A stretch of DNA of 64,000 bases from assembly GCA_028023455.1 (NCBI GenBank), contig JAQFVV010000003.1, positions 29,822,001 to 29,886,000 of the forward strand. Reading direction: 5' to 3'. The notes beneath the pieces are model-generated. The model was not told the DNA's origin and did no database searches. It was given only the letters and a program-made list of their open reading frames with translations. Both the position numbers and the translations under genes were made by a program. This DNA comes from Epiperipatus broadwayi (taxonomy: Eukaryota; Animalia; Onychophora). Positions within the stretch are counted from its first letter, which is position 1, and every line of letters begins with the position of its first letter. Positions 12,037 through 23,549 of this stretch are shown in pieces.

Positions 12037-13680
12037 TCACTTCAATCTTTTAATTTTTTCAATGAGGTCAGTAACACCTGTTTGTTCTCTTACCCATATA
12101 TTGTGTTTTTGATCTCTTCTTGTTACTCCCAACATGCATCTCTCCATACTTCTTTGAGTGGTCTGAAGTCTCTGTATTGCTCTTCTATTAAGTGTCCAAG
12201 TCTCAGATCCATAAGTAAGAACTGGTAAAACACATTTATTAAAAACCTTCCTTTTCAAACACATAGGCATATTTCCTTTTAGTATCAAGTTATTTCTACC
12301 AAAAGCACTCCAACCAAGTTTAATTCTATGATTAATTTCATCCATTATGTTTCCATCTGTATTAATAATCTGACCAAGGTATTTGTAACTGTTAACTTCT
12401 TCTAACTCATCATAATCAATCTTTATTTTCATATTTTGAGAAAATCCATTAAACATTACTTTAGTCTTTTTAACATTTATCTTTAGTCCTACTTTCCTAC
12501 TTTCATCTGATAACTCCTGCAACATTTCCTGCAGCTCTAAAGCATTATTTGCAAAAACAACTACATCATCTGCAAAATCTAAATGACTTAAATAATCTCC
12601 ATTTACTTTCACTCCTTTAGCTTCCCATTTTAATCCACAAAATACTTCTTGCAGCACTGCTGTAAAAAGTTTTGGAGATATGGAGTCACCCTGTCTTACA
12701 CCCTTCTCAATGTTGACTTTCCTAGTATCATTATGTAATCTAATTGTTGCTGTTGCATTTTTATAAATATTCTTTAAAATATGACAATATCCTGGATCTA
12801 TACCTTGATGATCCAATGCTTTAATCACTGAAGAAATGTTTATAGAATCAAATGCCTTTTCATAATCTACAAATCCAAAGCATAATGGCAACTCATATTC
12901 ATTTGTCCTTTCTATAACTTCTCTCAATACCTGGATATGATCTACTGTACTAAAACCACTTTTAAATCCAGCTTGTTCTCTTGGTTGGTGGAAATCCAAT
13001 GTTCTCTGTAGACAAGTTGTAATTATCTTGGTAAAATTTTTGTATAAAACTGATAAAAGACTGATAGGTCTGTAATTTCTAATATCTTCTTTATCACCTT
13101 TTTTAAATATTAATATTAATACTGCATTCTTCCAATCATCTGGTACATCTTTATCATTTAGACATTTGGTATATAACTTTGCTAAAAAAATTTCTATTTC
13201 TTCACCTGCTTCTTTTAATATATCAATTATAATTCCATCATTACCTGGAGCCTTTCCTTTCTTCATGAATTTAATTGCATGTCTCACTTCTTCATTTAAA
13301 ATTCTGGGCAATTCAGAAGATATAATAGATGTAGGAGGTACTTGTTCTTTATTACTATATAATTCTTGATAGAAGTCTTCTACCCATTTCATGATGTCAT
13401 CTCTCTTTTTAGTAATAATTCCATCTTTTTTTCTTATTGCAGATATAAATTTCCTACCAATACCAAAATGTTGTTTTACACTCTTGAGACTTTTATTCTC
13501 TTCTACAGCTTTCCTTGCTAGTTCACAGTTATACTTTTTTATATCATTTTCAACTCTTTTCTGCACCATTTTACAAAATTTGAGATATTCAATCCATTTT
13601 AATGCATCATTTTTGTATATCTTCATATTCATTCTTTTCTTCATAAATTCTTTAGTCTCAGTAGAAATTTTATTGGTCAA
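12037..13680 (-). CDS. RTE reverse transcriptase, 547-aa open segment of the interrupted single ORF
   Basis: ORF track translation shows the RT motifs in order (PGNDG, RPISLL, DYEKAFD, QGDSISP, FADD, YLG). The frame is disrupted at both ends. Confidence 0.9.
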   Translation of the reverse strand: MTNKISTETKEFMKKRMNMKIYKNDALKWIEYLKFCKMVQKRVENDIKKYNCELARKAVEENKSLKSVKQHFGIGRKFISAIRKKDGIITKKRDDIMKWVEDFYQELYSNKEQVPPTSIISSELPRILNEEVRHAIKFMKKGKAPGNDGIIIDILKEAGEEIEIFLAKLYTKCLNDKDVPDDWKNAVLILIFKKGDKEDIRNYRPISLLSVLYKNFTKIITTCLQRTLDFHQPREQAGFKSGFSTVDHIQVLREVIERTNEYELPLCFGFVDYEKAFDSINISSVIKALDHQGIDPGYCHILKNIYKNATATIRLHNDTRKVNIEKGVRQGDSISPKLFTAVLQEVFCGLKWEAKGVKVNGDYLSHLDFADDVVVFANNALELQEMLQELSDESRKVGLKINVKKTKVMFNGFSQNMKIKIDYDELEEVNSYKYLGQIINTDGNIMDEINHRIKLGWSAFGRNNLILKGNMPMCLKRKVFNKCVLPVLTYGSETWTLNRRAIQRLQTTQRSMERCMLGVTRRDQKHNIWVREQTGVTDLIEKIKRLK

Positions 13681-14160
13681 TTGCTGTCTTTTTTTACTAG
13701 CTATCTTTATTGCAGTTTTTAAAAAGTGTATCAGTTATTTTCTTATTAATTTCATTCAAATCTGAATCATATTCAAAATCTACTAATACTTGAAACCAAT
13801 TTGTAAGTTCTAATTTAAATTCATTAGAATGTTTCTGAAGATTAGGAATATCAACTGTAAATATTGTTTTTCTTAATAATTTTTGTCTCTCTAGTTTTGC
13901 ATTAACATGTATCTTACATCTTACTAATCAATGATCACTTCCTGTGTTAAATTTATTAAGAACATTACAATCTTGAAATATGTATTTTCTGTTAGTCAAA
14001 ATATAATCCAATTCTGCTGTACCTTCATTTGGATGCTTCCATGTCCATTTCCTTTTAACATTTTTCTCAAAAAAAAGAATTCATAATATAAAGTTTTTCT
14101 TTTTCTGCAAACTCCACAAGTCTATGTCCTCTCTCATTTCTATTACCATAACCAAATTAC

Positions 14161-14685
14161 CTACAGCACTTTTATCTTTTGTTTACCAATTCTAGCATTA
14201 AAGTCTCCCATAACAATTTTAAAATGTTGTTTACTCTGATCAAAAGCCTTTTGTACATCCATATAAAAATCTTCTACTACTTCATCACTATGAGAACTTG
14301 TTGGGGCATAAACCTGAATTATCTGCATTTGGTATCTGCTATTAAGTTGTATAACTAATCTTGCCACTCTGTCCGATACACCACCAATCTCCACAATGTT
14401 GTTCTTCCACTTTTTATTTATAATGAATCCTACTCCACTTGTATTTCCAATATTTGTACCTTTATAATAGAGTACATGTCCATTTTTTAAATCAATTGTC
14501 TCTTCACCTTTTCTTCTAACTTCACAAAGTCCAATAATGTCCCATTTAATATAAGACAGTTCTTCTTCTAATTCTTGCAATCTTCCTTTACTTGAAAGTG
14601 ATCTGCAGTTGTAAGTACCTAAATAAAAAGTCGTCATCAAATGGCAGCCTGGGTTTTCAATCAAGGGATTCTTAGCACTCTCCAC
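14161..14685 (-). pseudogene. RTE apurinic-like endonuclease domain, N-terminal part
   Basis: Motifs GTYNCRSL, WDIIGLCEVRR, GVGFII, QVYAPT, GDFNARIG. A frameshift near 14160 separates it from the rest of the ORF. Confidence 0.88.
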
Positions 14686-14839
14686 CTTCAGCCACCATTG
14701 CTAATTAATTCAACATAAAAAAATCTGAATGTAAAAGACAGGTAATTGAAACCTATATCTACTGGATTCTTATTAAAATAAGACTTTTTTTTGCACATCA
14801 TAAACATGACTACAAAATAAGTAGTCCCTCTCTCTATAT

Positions 14840-14926
14840 ATTGTAATGGACAACCATTCCTCTATAGGCATGGTCAAGATCCAAGACCAGGAGGCACTCA
14901 CTATTAGACTTATAATCTAAAATCTC
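14840..14926 (-). ncRNA. Degenerate HDV-like self-cleaving ribozyme candidate in the RTE 5' UTR
   Basis: Minus strand, in HDV order: P1 GAGAUUU (14926-14920) / GGAUCUU (14882-14876) with a G1-U wobble; J1/2 hairpin; P2 AUAGUGA / UUACAAU (6 of 7 pairs); L3-like CCUCCUGGU; P4 ACCAU / AUGGU. P3 has a mismatch, P1.1 and J4/2 are degenerate. Confidence 0.4.
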
Positions 14927-15834
14927 TTCTCAGTAGACATTATATTAAAGTTGTACCATGAAGACCTTAAACCATGTATCCTTATAAAATTACATACCAT
15001 TATTAATAGATAAATTATTGTGGGAGCATAGATTCTTTAGACGCTCAATTGGCAAGAGCAGCAACAATAAACAAATAATAAAGATTGATCTAATAAACAA
15101 AAAAAACTTGATTAGAAGTTCAGTTATTTACATAAACTTAAATTACTCTTTTATATTGGCACTTATTTTATTTGGTATTAGGTAGCCTTTTGAATATTAA
15201 CAGCAATAAAACCATATATTATGAATTCAGTATTATCTGTGAAGACTGTTGATTAATAATGACAGTGTTTATATGATTCTTTGATTATTAGATATGTGTC
15301 AGCGACATCAAGATGTGTACAGTTATATATTTCACTCTTAACTTCAAAGAATAGATAACAATAAACCAGATTAAATTAAATTTAAATATTTATAATATAG
15401 AGATAATTGCAGCATCAGCATTTTATAATATGCATTTAATCCTATGCCACATTAAAAGTACATCAACATAAATTACCTCTAACAACCCACAGTATAAATT
15501 ACAATCATCATGTGACTAAATTATAAAATCAAAACTCAAGTGCAGGAAGAATATGCTCGTGGAAAGATAAGCCTCTAAAACCTAGAATATAAATCAGAAT
15601 CATCCATGACTCAAGCAAATTACATGTTAACAGGGAAGTAAATAAATATATATGGAATTCAAGTGCTGCAGATAAAATGTCTACAGGATCTATATGTAAA
15701 TATATATATACTCTAATCCTTAATTTTACATGCATATATGATATGAATCTTTTTTGCATGCATATATGACATGAATCAATGGCAATCTGCCTAAAAGTTC
15801 TGAGCAAAATAAAATCAGCCCACTAAACTACAAA

Positions 15835-15880
15835 TCATTATTATCAACCATCATCAATCCACTGCAGGAATCCATATTCT
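15835..15880 (-). mobile_element. Very short RTE 3'-tail fragment
   Basis: atcattattatcaaccatcatcaatccactgcagga resembles the RTE 3' end at 11798-11845. Confidence 0.5.
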
Positions 15881-18800
15881 CCGATGTATATATTAATATA
15901 TACATATATAATAAATATACTACCCATATATATATTACATGTCAGCCCACACATAACCTTATTTCCATTAATTTATAAATACATTGATTTTAGATAGCTT
16001 CAGAAAAATAAATTTTGTAAAAATTTAAATCATGACTATGTAAAACTACCTTTTTTATTTAAAACTGTTGAGAAATATTCAAGCAAATAAAGTTAATTTT
16101 ATCTTTTATTTGAACAATAATTGAACTCCTTATAACTTTCTCATCATTGCTATCAAATAGCACATATACATTTATCACTTTTGAATATTGAGAGGTATAC
16201 CATGATACATATATCAAATACTTTTAAAACTAAATTAAATATTGTAAACATAAACATTACAACATAGATATACAAAATTGCAAGAATTAAATTTCAAATT
16301 AACTGATATATTTATAAGTATAACTTGTTATAAATAGAGTCTCTTTAAGTTTATTAAATCATTATTTTTCATTTACTTAAGTCCATATACAGCTGAGAAG
16401 AGATTATTTCTGTATGAAGCTAGGATTAGATTTAGTTATATATATTTTAACTTGGATATGATGAAGAAGAGTCTTTGTTATAGTTCACTAGTAAAATATT
16501 TTGTTGATGGTTTTTCAATTATTTCATCACAATCAGATTTTCATGTTTTTGAATAGAGTTTTTATTAAACTTGATTAACTTTCACTGTTGATGACGTGCA
16601 TCTGTTGTAGCTGTGATGTTATATATATTGTAGGGTATTGAGTTCAAACCCTACATTACAAACCCCAAAGACTTCAGAAGGAAAGGAGAAGAAATATTTT
16701 TTTTATCTCTTCAACTGACTTTTATTAGTGAAAGAGGACAATATGTAGATATTTTGAATAGTTTAATATTTCTAAGAGTTAAAGTTTAAGCACATATAAA
16801 TAGTTTGTCTGTAGATATAAATTCCATACAGTATTAGTTCTCTAAGTCTACTTATTAATTTGTTCTATTTCATTTATATCTACTGATTTATAATTTTGTT
16901 CTTTCCTAATAATATATTTTACATACTTGTCATTACTAATTTATTCTCTGATTTTAATACTAATAATATTTATAATCTTTGGTTTTTAATATTGTTTAGA
17001 TTTACTTTCAATAGGCAAGTTTTACAGAGATGAGTAGATACTTAAATATATGCATGTGTATGTGCAAACATCAAAATATAAACATTTACAGATACTGTAT
17101 ATCAAAAGATTTTTAACAATTTCATATTTCTGTGTAAAAAAAGTTTTTTTAAATATACTATTTAAGTCCAATCTTTTTATTTATTTAAAGGTATTAAAAC
17201 TGAGAGAGAAAGATTGCTAATTCTAAAGATTTCAATATGGTGTTAAAATTTGAGGGATAAAGTCAATTTTAACATAGCTTCAATGTTAGAAAGGTGGGAG
17301 TGAGAAAAATAACTCATTAGTAAGCAATTATAGTTACAAAGAGACCACAGATCATTTTGGACTACACCAAATAATACATTTTAAAGAAATATAAAGTTAA
17401 AAAAAAGATTAGATATTTGCATTGCAGCTGCACTGATAAAGTATATTTTATGGATAACCAGGTGTTTCAGTAGATAAGTATACATGATGTCATAAAAAAG
17501 CCAGCACATATATATATAGTCTGAAAGAAAGATTTAGAGGGATTAATAAGTCTGATTACTTCTTGGAATCCAATACATCATTATTTTTATATGTTTGAGG
17601 AGATTCTATAAATTATGGCAGGCTAAAATCATTTTGTTGAGATACCTTTTGGCTACCCAAAGAACTCTATGCAGTGGGAAGAATTAAATCTGAAAAATAT
17701 ATTAGAAAATAGTATCCTATGGCTGATCTCCAGACTAAAGATGACTCCGAACCTTGCTATTGCTTCACTTATGCTGTTGCTGAATTTAAATAAAAGCACA
17801 AAGTAAAATGCTAAAAATATATTAAAAGCAGAAAATATCCATTTATCTATTAACATGCCCATACACAGAGCAGAAGAAAGCAGAAATGAAGAACCTATCC
17901 CAATACTAAAATAGTATCCTTAAAGAAATACAGTCTATGCAACAACGTCATCATCATTGCAGTAAAACCGAAAGAAGAATTACAAGCCTAAACTTAAAAT
18001 GGAACTTTTCCAGTAAAATCGCTGTAATTTTTATATACGTGTATCAAACAATGGTATGCGGCCAAATTCAAAATTTTAACCTTGAACAAGCTGACTTTAA
18101 AATGAAATTCATTAAACTCACGGAAATGGTTTCTACATCGGAAATAAAAGAAGAGCCTATATCAATTTTCTTTTATTTTCTCAATGACTCTTAACAATTT
18201 TTTTAAAAATAAATTCATTTGTCTTTCTCTCTTATCCGAGTATTAAAGTACAATGTAATTTTGAGTCTCTCAAGTATTAAAGTAGGAATCAATTATTAGA
18301 AAAGTTTTTTTTTTTTTTCAATAATGATAAATATTGACTTTATCAGTATATTATGTGTTATTTGATTACCATTACATGTAACCATTTACATACCTATTTT
18401 TTTTATAAAATGTTTTTATTATGTATTAATTCAGGTATCATGAAAAATAGGGTATTCTTATCATATATAACGATGTATTAATATTGGAAATTGACACCCA
18501 CACACACACCCACACACACCTAAGGATATATATGTCTACATGAATATGTGTTGAGTATGAATGTACAAATCTAGAGAAGAGGATGAGGGTAAAAATTTAG
18601 TATAATGAGAAATAGATTTTAAAGTAATTAGCAACCTAGATTAATGGAAATTGAGATGAATAACTAGTAATAGATCTCTTTTTAAATATTCCTATCTTTA
18701 TAATTCAACTAAACTTTTTTTTACCTATTTCTAGTCTATAGCTTTTTTTAAGATTATATGCATAAATATTGTTATATACAATATGCGAGTATGTGCGTGT

Positions 18801-19309
18801 TCCTTGATATGAAACTTCCACCTACCTACTAAATATATTAACATGCACATATAATGCTATATACATCTAACGATTGAGTTTAAATTACATTAGAGAGAGG
18901 GGGAAGAAATATCCTGATTACAGAGTCCATGCTTGGAAAGTTCTTTTGTGATTTTCGATCTCTTTATATATATATACATAGAGAGAAAGTGGATTTTATA
19001 GAAGTATTTAATTTGTGTGCTTTAGTAGAAACATAAAAACATCCTATTATTTTTATACATATAATGTATGTGTTGTTTAACTATAAACATACTATCAATT
19101 TCTTTTTTAACTATTAAAATTAATTAATTTTAAAAATATTTATTCTATTGTGTATTAATGCTATAAAATTGGAAAATAAGGTTTTTTGGCTGATACAAAT
19201 ATTTGAAAATAAATAGATATTTCTTTAAGTTAACCACTCACAAGGATTGATGAAATTACAGTATTAATTACTGTTAGTAGAATCAGATAGATTAGAGAAA
19301 TACTGATGT

Positions 19310-19870
19310 GTTCTAAATAAAACATAATATTGCCAACCATACTGGTTTCCATTGTAGAAGATCCAATATTATTTATACTCTCCACCTTCTACTCCATGCT
19401 TAAAAGTTACTACTCAGAGAGAAATTCTAGATTGATGAGAATATAGGATATTTTCTTGTTTTATCATGTAGTCTGGTTACACAATATCTGATTTGGTTTC
19501 TCTAAGTCTAGGAATTGGTGTTATGCATTGTTCTACATCGTCTAATTTAATGGGCTCTTCATTGCTGCATGGTATTTTATAAACATGTCTCATCTGATCT
19601 CTGTGCTTCTGATATGTGATATTTGCCAAGGACAACCATTATTTACAGGATTTTTTTGAAAATTTTCAGTTTTACTATATTGATGAGGATGATAACTGAT
19701 TTTATTCTTTGCTAACATGTCTTGATTTATCTTACAGAAACAGCATTGCATGGAAGTATCTATCTTAAGTTCCAAAATCTTCCATAATTATTAGATATAA
19801 AGTTGACATTAAATCTTTATAATTGTATAAATTTCAGTCTGCCTTGTGTAATATTAAAATGATGGGCTCA
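19310..19870 (-). mobile_element. Decayed Penelope-like (GIY-YIG region) fragment
   Basis: Minus-strand remnants ILPCNAVS, RHVYKIPCS and terminal PVWLAIL resemble the PLE RT-to-GIY-YIG linker and C-terminus. The YIG motif is not recoverable. Confidence 0.4.
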
Positions 19871-21570
19871 TGAAAGTTTTTTAATTGATAGGTCAAATTT
19901 ATTTTACTCAAATATCACATGATATTCTAAGCAACTACCATTTGGTTCTTTATAAAATTTTAGACATAGAATGTAGAAGTAATTAATATTGCTTTCTTCG
20001 TGACCATTTGTTACCGCTAACTAATTTCATCTTGTGTTATTGCTGCCCCTTATAGATATTTGTATGAAAATATTAAACACGTGAAAACAAAACACTTAGG
20101 TTATTAGAAGAAAGTAAAGCAAAAGTAGAAGATAAAAAAAATGCAGACCATATTATGAAGATTGTTAAAGAAGAGAAGATGAAACTCAGGATAAATTTTA
20201 ATACAAGATCAAGTGTAATTAACAGATAAGAAAAGAGTACTTGTAGCTACAGCAACTTGGATGTTGTTAAACTTGTTTTCATATTTGAATTATTTTTAAA
20301 AAAGTTTGATAATTAAAGATAAGTTAATTATAAAATATTATAATTAGGAACTATAATAGCTTAGAAAAAAAATACTTTGATGAATAGTACAGTCCATATC
20401 TTAAAATTTTTATATATTTATTAAATCATTTTCATTATTTTTAAATAATATATCATGGTTTGAAGTTGATTTGAATTTTTGATGATATTGCAATGTCTCT
20501 CTCTCTCTCCCTCACACACGCAAACATTTAACTGATGAGGGATGATTTAATTTTGAAACTAATTCTGGAATTTACTTTCTCATTTTTATCTATCACTAGA
20601 TTTCTTATTATAAGATGAATAGTTACATCTAATTAATGATTGAAAAATAAAATAAAAAAACTCTGAAAGTGGCATCTTATTAAAATCTGATAAATTAAAA
20701 ATGTTGGTGCTATTTATATGGATTTTAATAAAAAATGCTTTTTCTATTATTATAATAATTAAAGCAAAATTGTGACAACTTTCTAAAATTATCTTTTTCT
20801 CTCTCTCTCTCTTTATATATATATATAATAACTAACATTGTTTACATTAAAGTATGTGGTAAAATGTGGCTAATCTTTATATTACTATGATAAATTCCCA
20901 TGCTATCTAATATGTTTAATTTTTATATTAAACTTAATGATAATATTATCTTCTTTTTTGTTAATTCTAACTTATTAACTTTATTATCAGATACACATAT
21001 AAATGCACACACACACAGGTATAAAGTAAAGTAGTCTTTAAATAGCCTATTGCAGAACAAGTCAGGGAAAACATGCTTAACAATTACTGCCTGGTGAAAG
21101 TTTTAGTGGTTTTTTTTTAAAATTATTTTATTCATTAACTAAGAGTAATTTGATGCTTCTTGCAGACGAATTTTTTGATAAGTGAGTTGATTATTCGCTG
21201 CCTACCTGAATAAAAAATCCTAATTCTATTGGGAAAATATTTCAAAACTATTCAGTACACATTCATATTTATATGCATGAAAGTGCATGTGATACTATAA
21301 CATCCTAAAAACGTCCATGTATTTATATGAATATAATTTTCAGATTCATTCTTGTCTGTGAATATTTGTTTTATAACATTGAAATTGAGAAATACTCTGC
21401 ATAATTTAGTTCAGTTATAAAGAGGCAGATTCTAGAATTCAAGATTCATGGATTGTGCCTGAATATGTCACTTTTTGTACTTCTTATGAACATCTGAGCA
21501 ATTATTTTCATTTATCGGTGGGTTAGATCCAATTAAAATATTGATGCTTTAATATTTAATAACAAGCTTA

Positions 21571-21632
21571 CTACTATTATTACTATTACTAATAATACTA
21601 ATAACTACTATTACTAATAATACTAATAACTA
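21571..21632. repeat. (TAA/CTA)n compound microsatellite
   Basis: ctactattattactattactaataatactaataactac... read directly. Confidence 0.8.
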
Positions 21633-22640
21633 CACATATGGACAAATTCAAAAAAATATTTTAACTACAAGAAATTGTATGGCCGGTGGATTGCTCAGGA
21701 GAGAGGGAGAGCACATCTTACTATGGTCGGACTTTGGGTCTTCAGATAAGATGCAAATGATTACGCGATAAAATACATAACCTATGATTGTATACCCTAG
21801 CTCTGTATATTTTTATTAACTTAGACACAATTTGGGTTAGTTCATTCAATTCTCACACCTTCTGGCTCCGTTATACCGCAGTATTCTAACTCTAGAAGTA
21901 ATAGATGATGGTTGATTATCTAAATTCATTTAATATACTCCTGTATCATTGCACATAGAATAAGGTGTGTGTGTGCGTATATATATATTTAAAATTAATT
22001 GGTATGAATCAATATAATGTTGATAAGTGAGATAATAAGGATGGGAAAGAGACCAGATAAGATAACAAATTCTTTAACATTTATTAATAACAAAAAATGA
22101 GAAAAAAAACAACACAATGATTCAACAATTCTAAATTACATAATTAAGCATATCAAGGATGAGCTTCTACCATATTAGGAATTAAAATAATGAAAATCCT
22201 TTTCCCAAATCCATGATAGAAATTCATTCTCTTGGCACCAAATTATTTATAAAAATATACATATAAAACAATATTTATACAACAGTGAGTCTAATTGGTT
22301 AAACCATTCCTATTTACAGTTTCATTTAAGGTCTTTATAATCCAGTTCATGTTGATGTTGATACATCTGCTTGAGAGCCCCCATTTTTATTTATGGATGT
22401 TTCTAATATTGACAGAAAAGAAGCTTTCACACAAGATTGTTAATCAGCTGTACAGAAAAATGAAAAGAAATATATAACAAATATTAAAGTTTACTAATTA
22501 ATATGAACTCTGTTCTGTATCTAGTGTGTGTAATTAATATAGGACATAGCCAAAATTTTACTTTTTGTTCTATCTCACCTTAATATGTCACTGCCAAGTT
22601 AATGGAAGGGTAAGTTGACCTAGATTTTATTCAACTACAT

Positions 22641-23038
22641 CAGGGGTCCCCAACCTTTTTGCACTTAAGAGCACATTCTATAATACCGTCCAGGTGGTGG
22701 GCACCATTTATTTTTTCAACCAGGTAGCAGGCACCATTTATTTTTTCAACGTAAATTTATAGTTGGATATTGTTAATAATACACATAATGTAGGAAAAAA
22801 TATTTATTTCAAAAATAAAATTTTAACATATAATTAACATTTATATTTTTACGCTGTAAAAGTATAGTATGCCCTACAATTTGATTACAATATAATACAA
22901 TAATTTATAAGAAATTTTAAAAATTAAATTTATTTGTATTAGAAAAATAATTTTTTATCGTGTTTGGATAGCAGCGGGCACATGTAAAATGGTCTGCGGG
23001 CACCATGGTGCCCGCGGGCATAGAGTTGGGGATCCCTG
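22641..23038. mobile_element. hAT-family MITE
   Basis: TIRs caggggtccccaac / gttggggatccctg. Perfect 8-bp TSD aactacat at 22633-22640 and 23039-23046. Subterminal gggcacca repeats. Confidence 0.92.
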
Positions 23039-23549
23039 AACTACATAATAGAATATTTAATTAACCTATTCACTTCCCCCCTTTTTTATACTCTTAAAAT
23101 GAATTTTCCAGAACTTCAAACATTTCTGTTCCCAAGTGACTAAACAAAAATAAAGATAAAAAAAAAAAACAATAATAGAAAATAAAAAAAATAAAATTTT
23201 TCAATCAATAGTTAAAGTCTGATGAGTCTTCTGGAAATGTCCTTCACATTATTAGTCAATTATTTTCAAAATAGGCTTTCCTGGATAAAGATAGAACACT
23301 GTTCCCTCAAAGAATGGCATTTTCACACTTGAAATGATAGTATAGTGATCCTCTCCAGATGATTTCTCTTGAATTATGTGTAGGCATCTTATAAAAGACA
23401 ATGGATGTTCTTCAGGCTTTGTGGCAATAAACAGATGAAGTCACTATGCTTTCATGGCTCTTGTGATGGCATTCGATCATCCTACGGTATTCTTCACTTT
23501 AGCTGGAATGCATTATATAATGATGAATACTATATATGTATTTTATCAA

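Larger units (their letters stand above)
11798..14926 (-). mobile_element. Near full-length RTE-clade non-LTR retrotransposon, frameshifted
   Basis: APE endonuclease ORF 14161-14685 (TYNCRSL, DIIGLCEVRR, GVGF, QVYAPT, VMGDFNA) and RT ORF 12037-13680 (KAPGNDG, YRPISLLS, FVDYEKAFDS, GVRQGD, FADD, YLG, LTYGSETW). 3' end with (ATG)n tail at 11798-11810. Single-ORF RTE architecture. The 5' limit is taken from the putative HDV-like cleavage site. No clear TSD. Confidence 0.93.

Noticed and set aside
12022-13765. Plus-strand ORFs at 12022, 13166 and 13391, and similar ones at 23454-27317 and 36631-37524
   Set aside because: These are antisense shadows of retroelement reading frames with no independent motifs.
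16630-16720. B-box followed by a purine/pyrimidine hairpin, similar in layout to the PLE pLTR module
   Set aside because: It lacks both CUGANGA and GAAA. Treated as a decayed SINE fragment.
17300-18200. Possible SWIM/MULE or hAT transposase remnant (YLHCSC; PNLAIASLMLL)
   Set aside because: Motifs are fragmentary, in different frames and point to different families. No TIRs.
23219-23250. ctgatgagtcttctggaaatgtc as a hammerhead
   Set aside because: Stem II cannot form and no stem I partner is evident.
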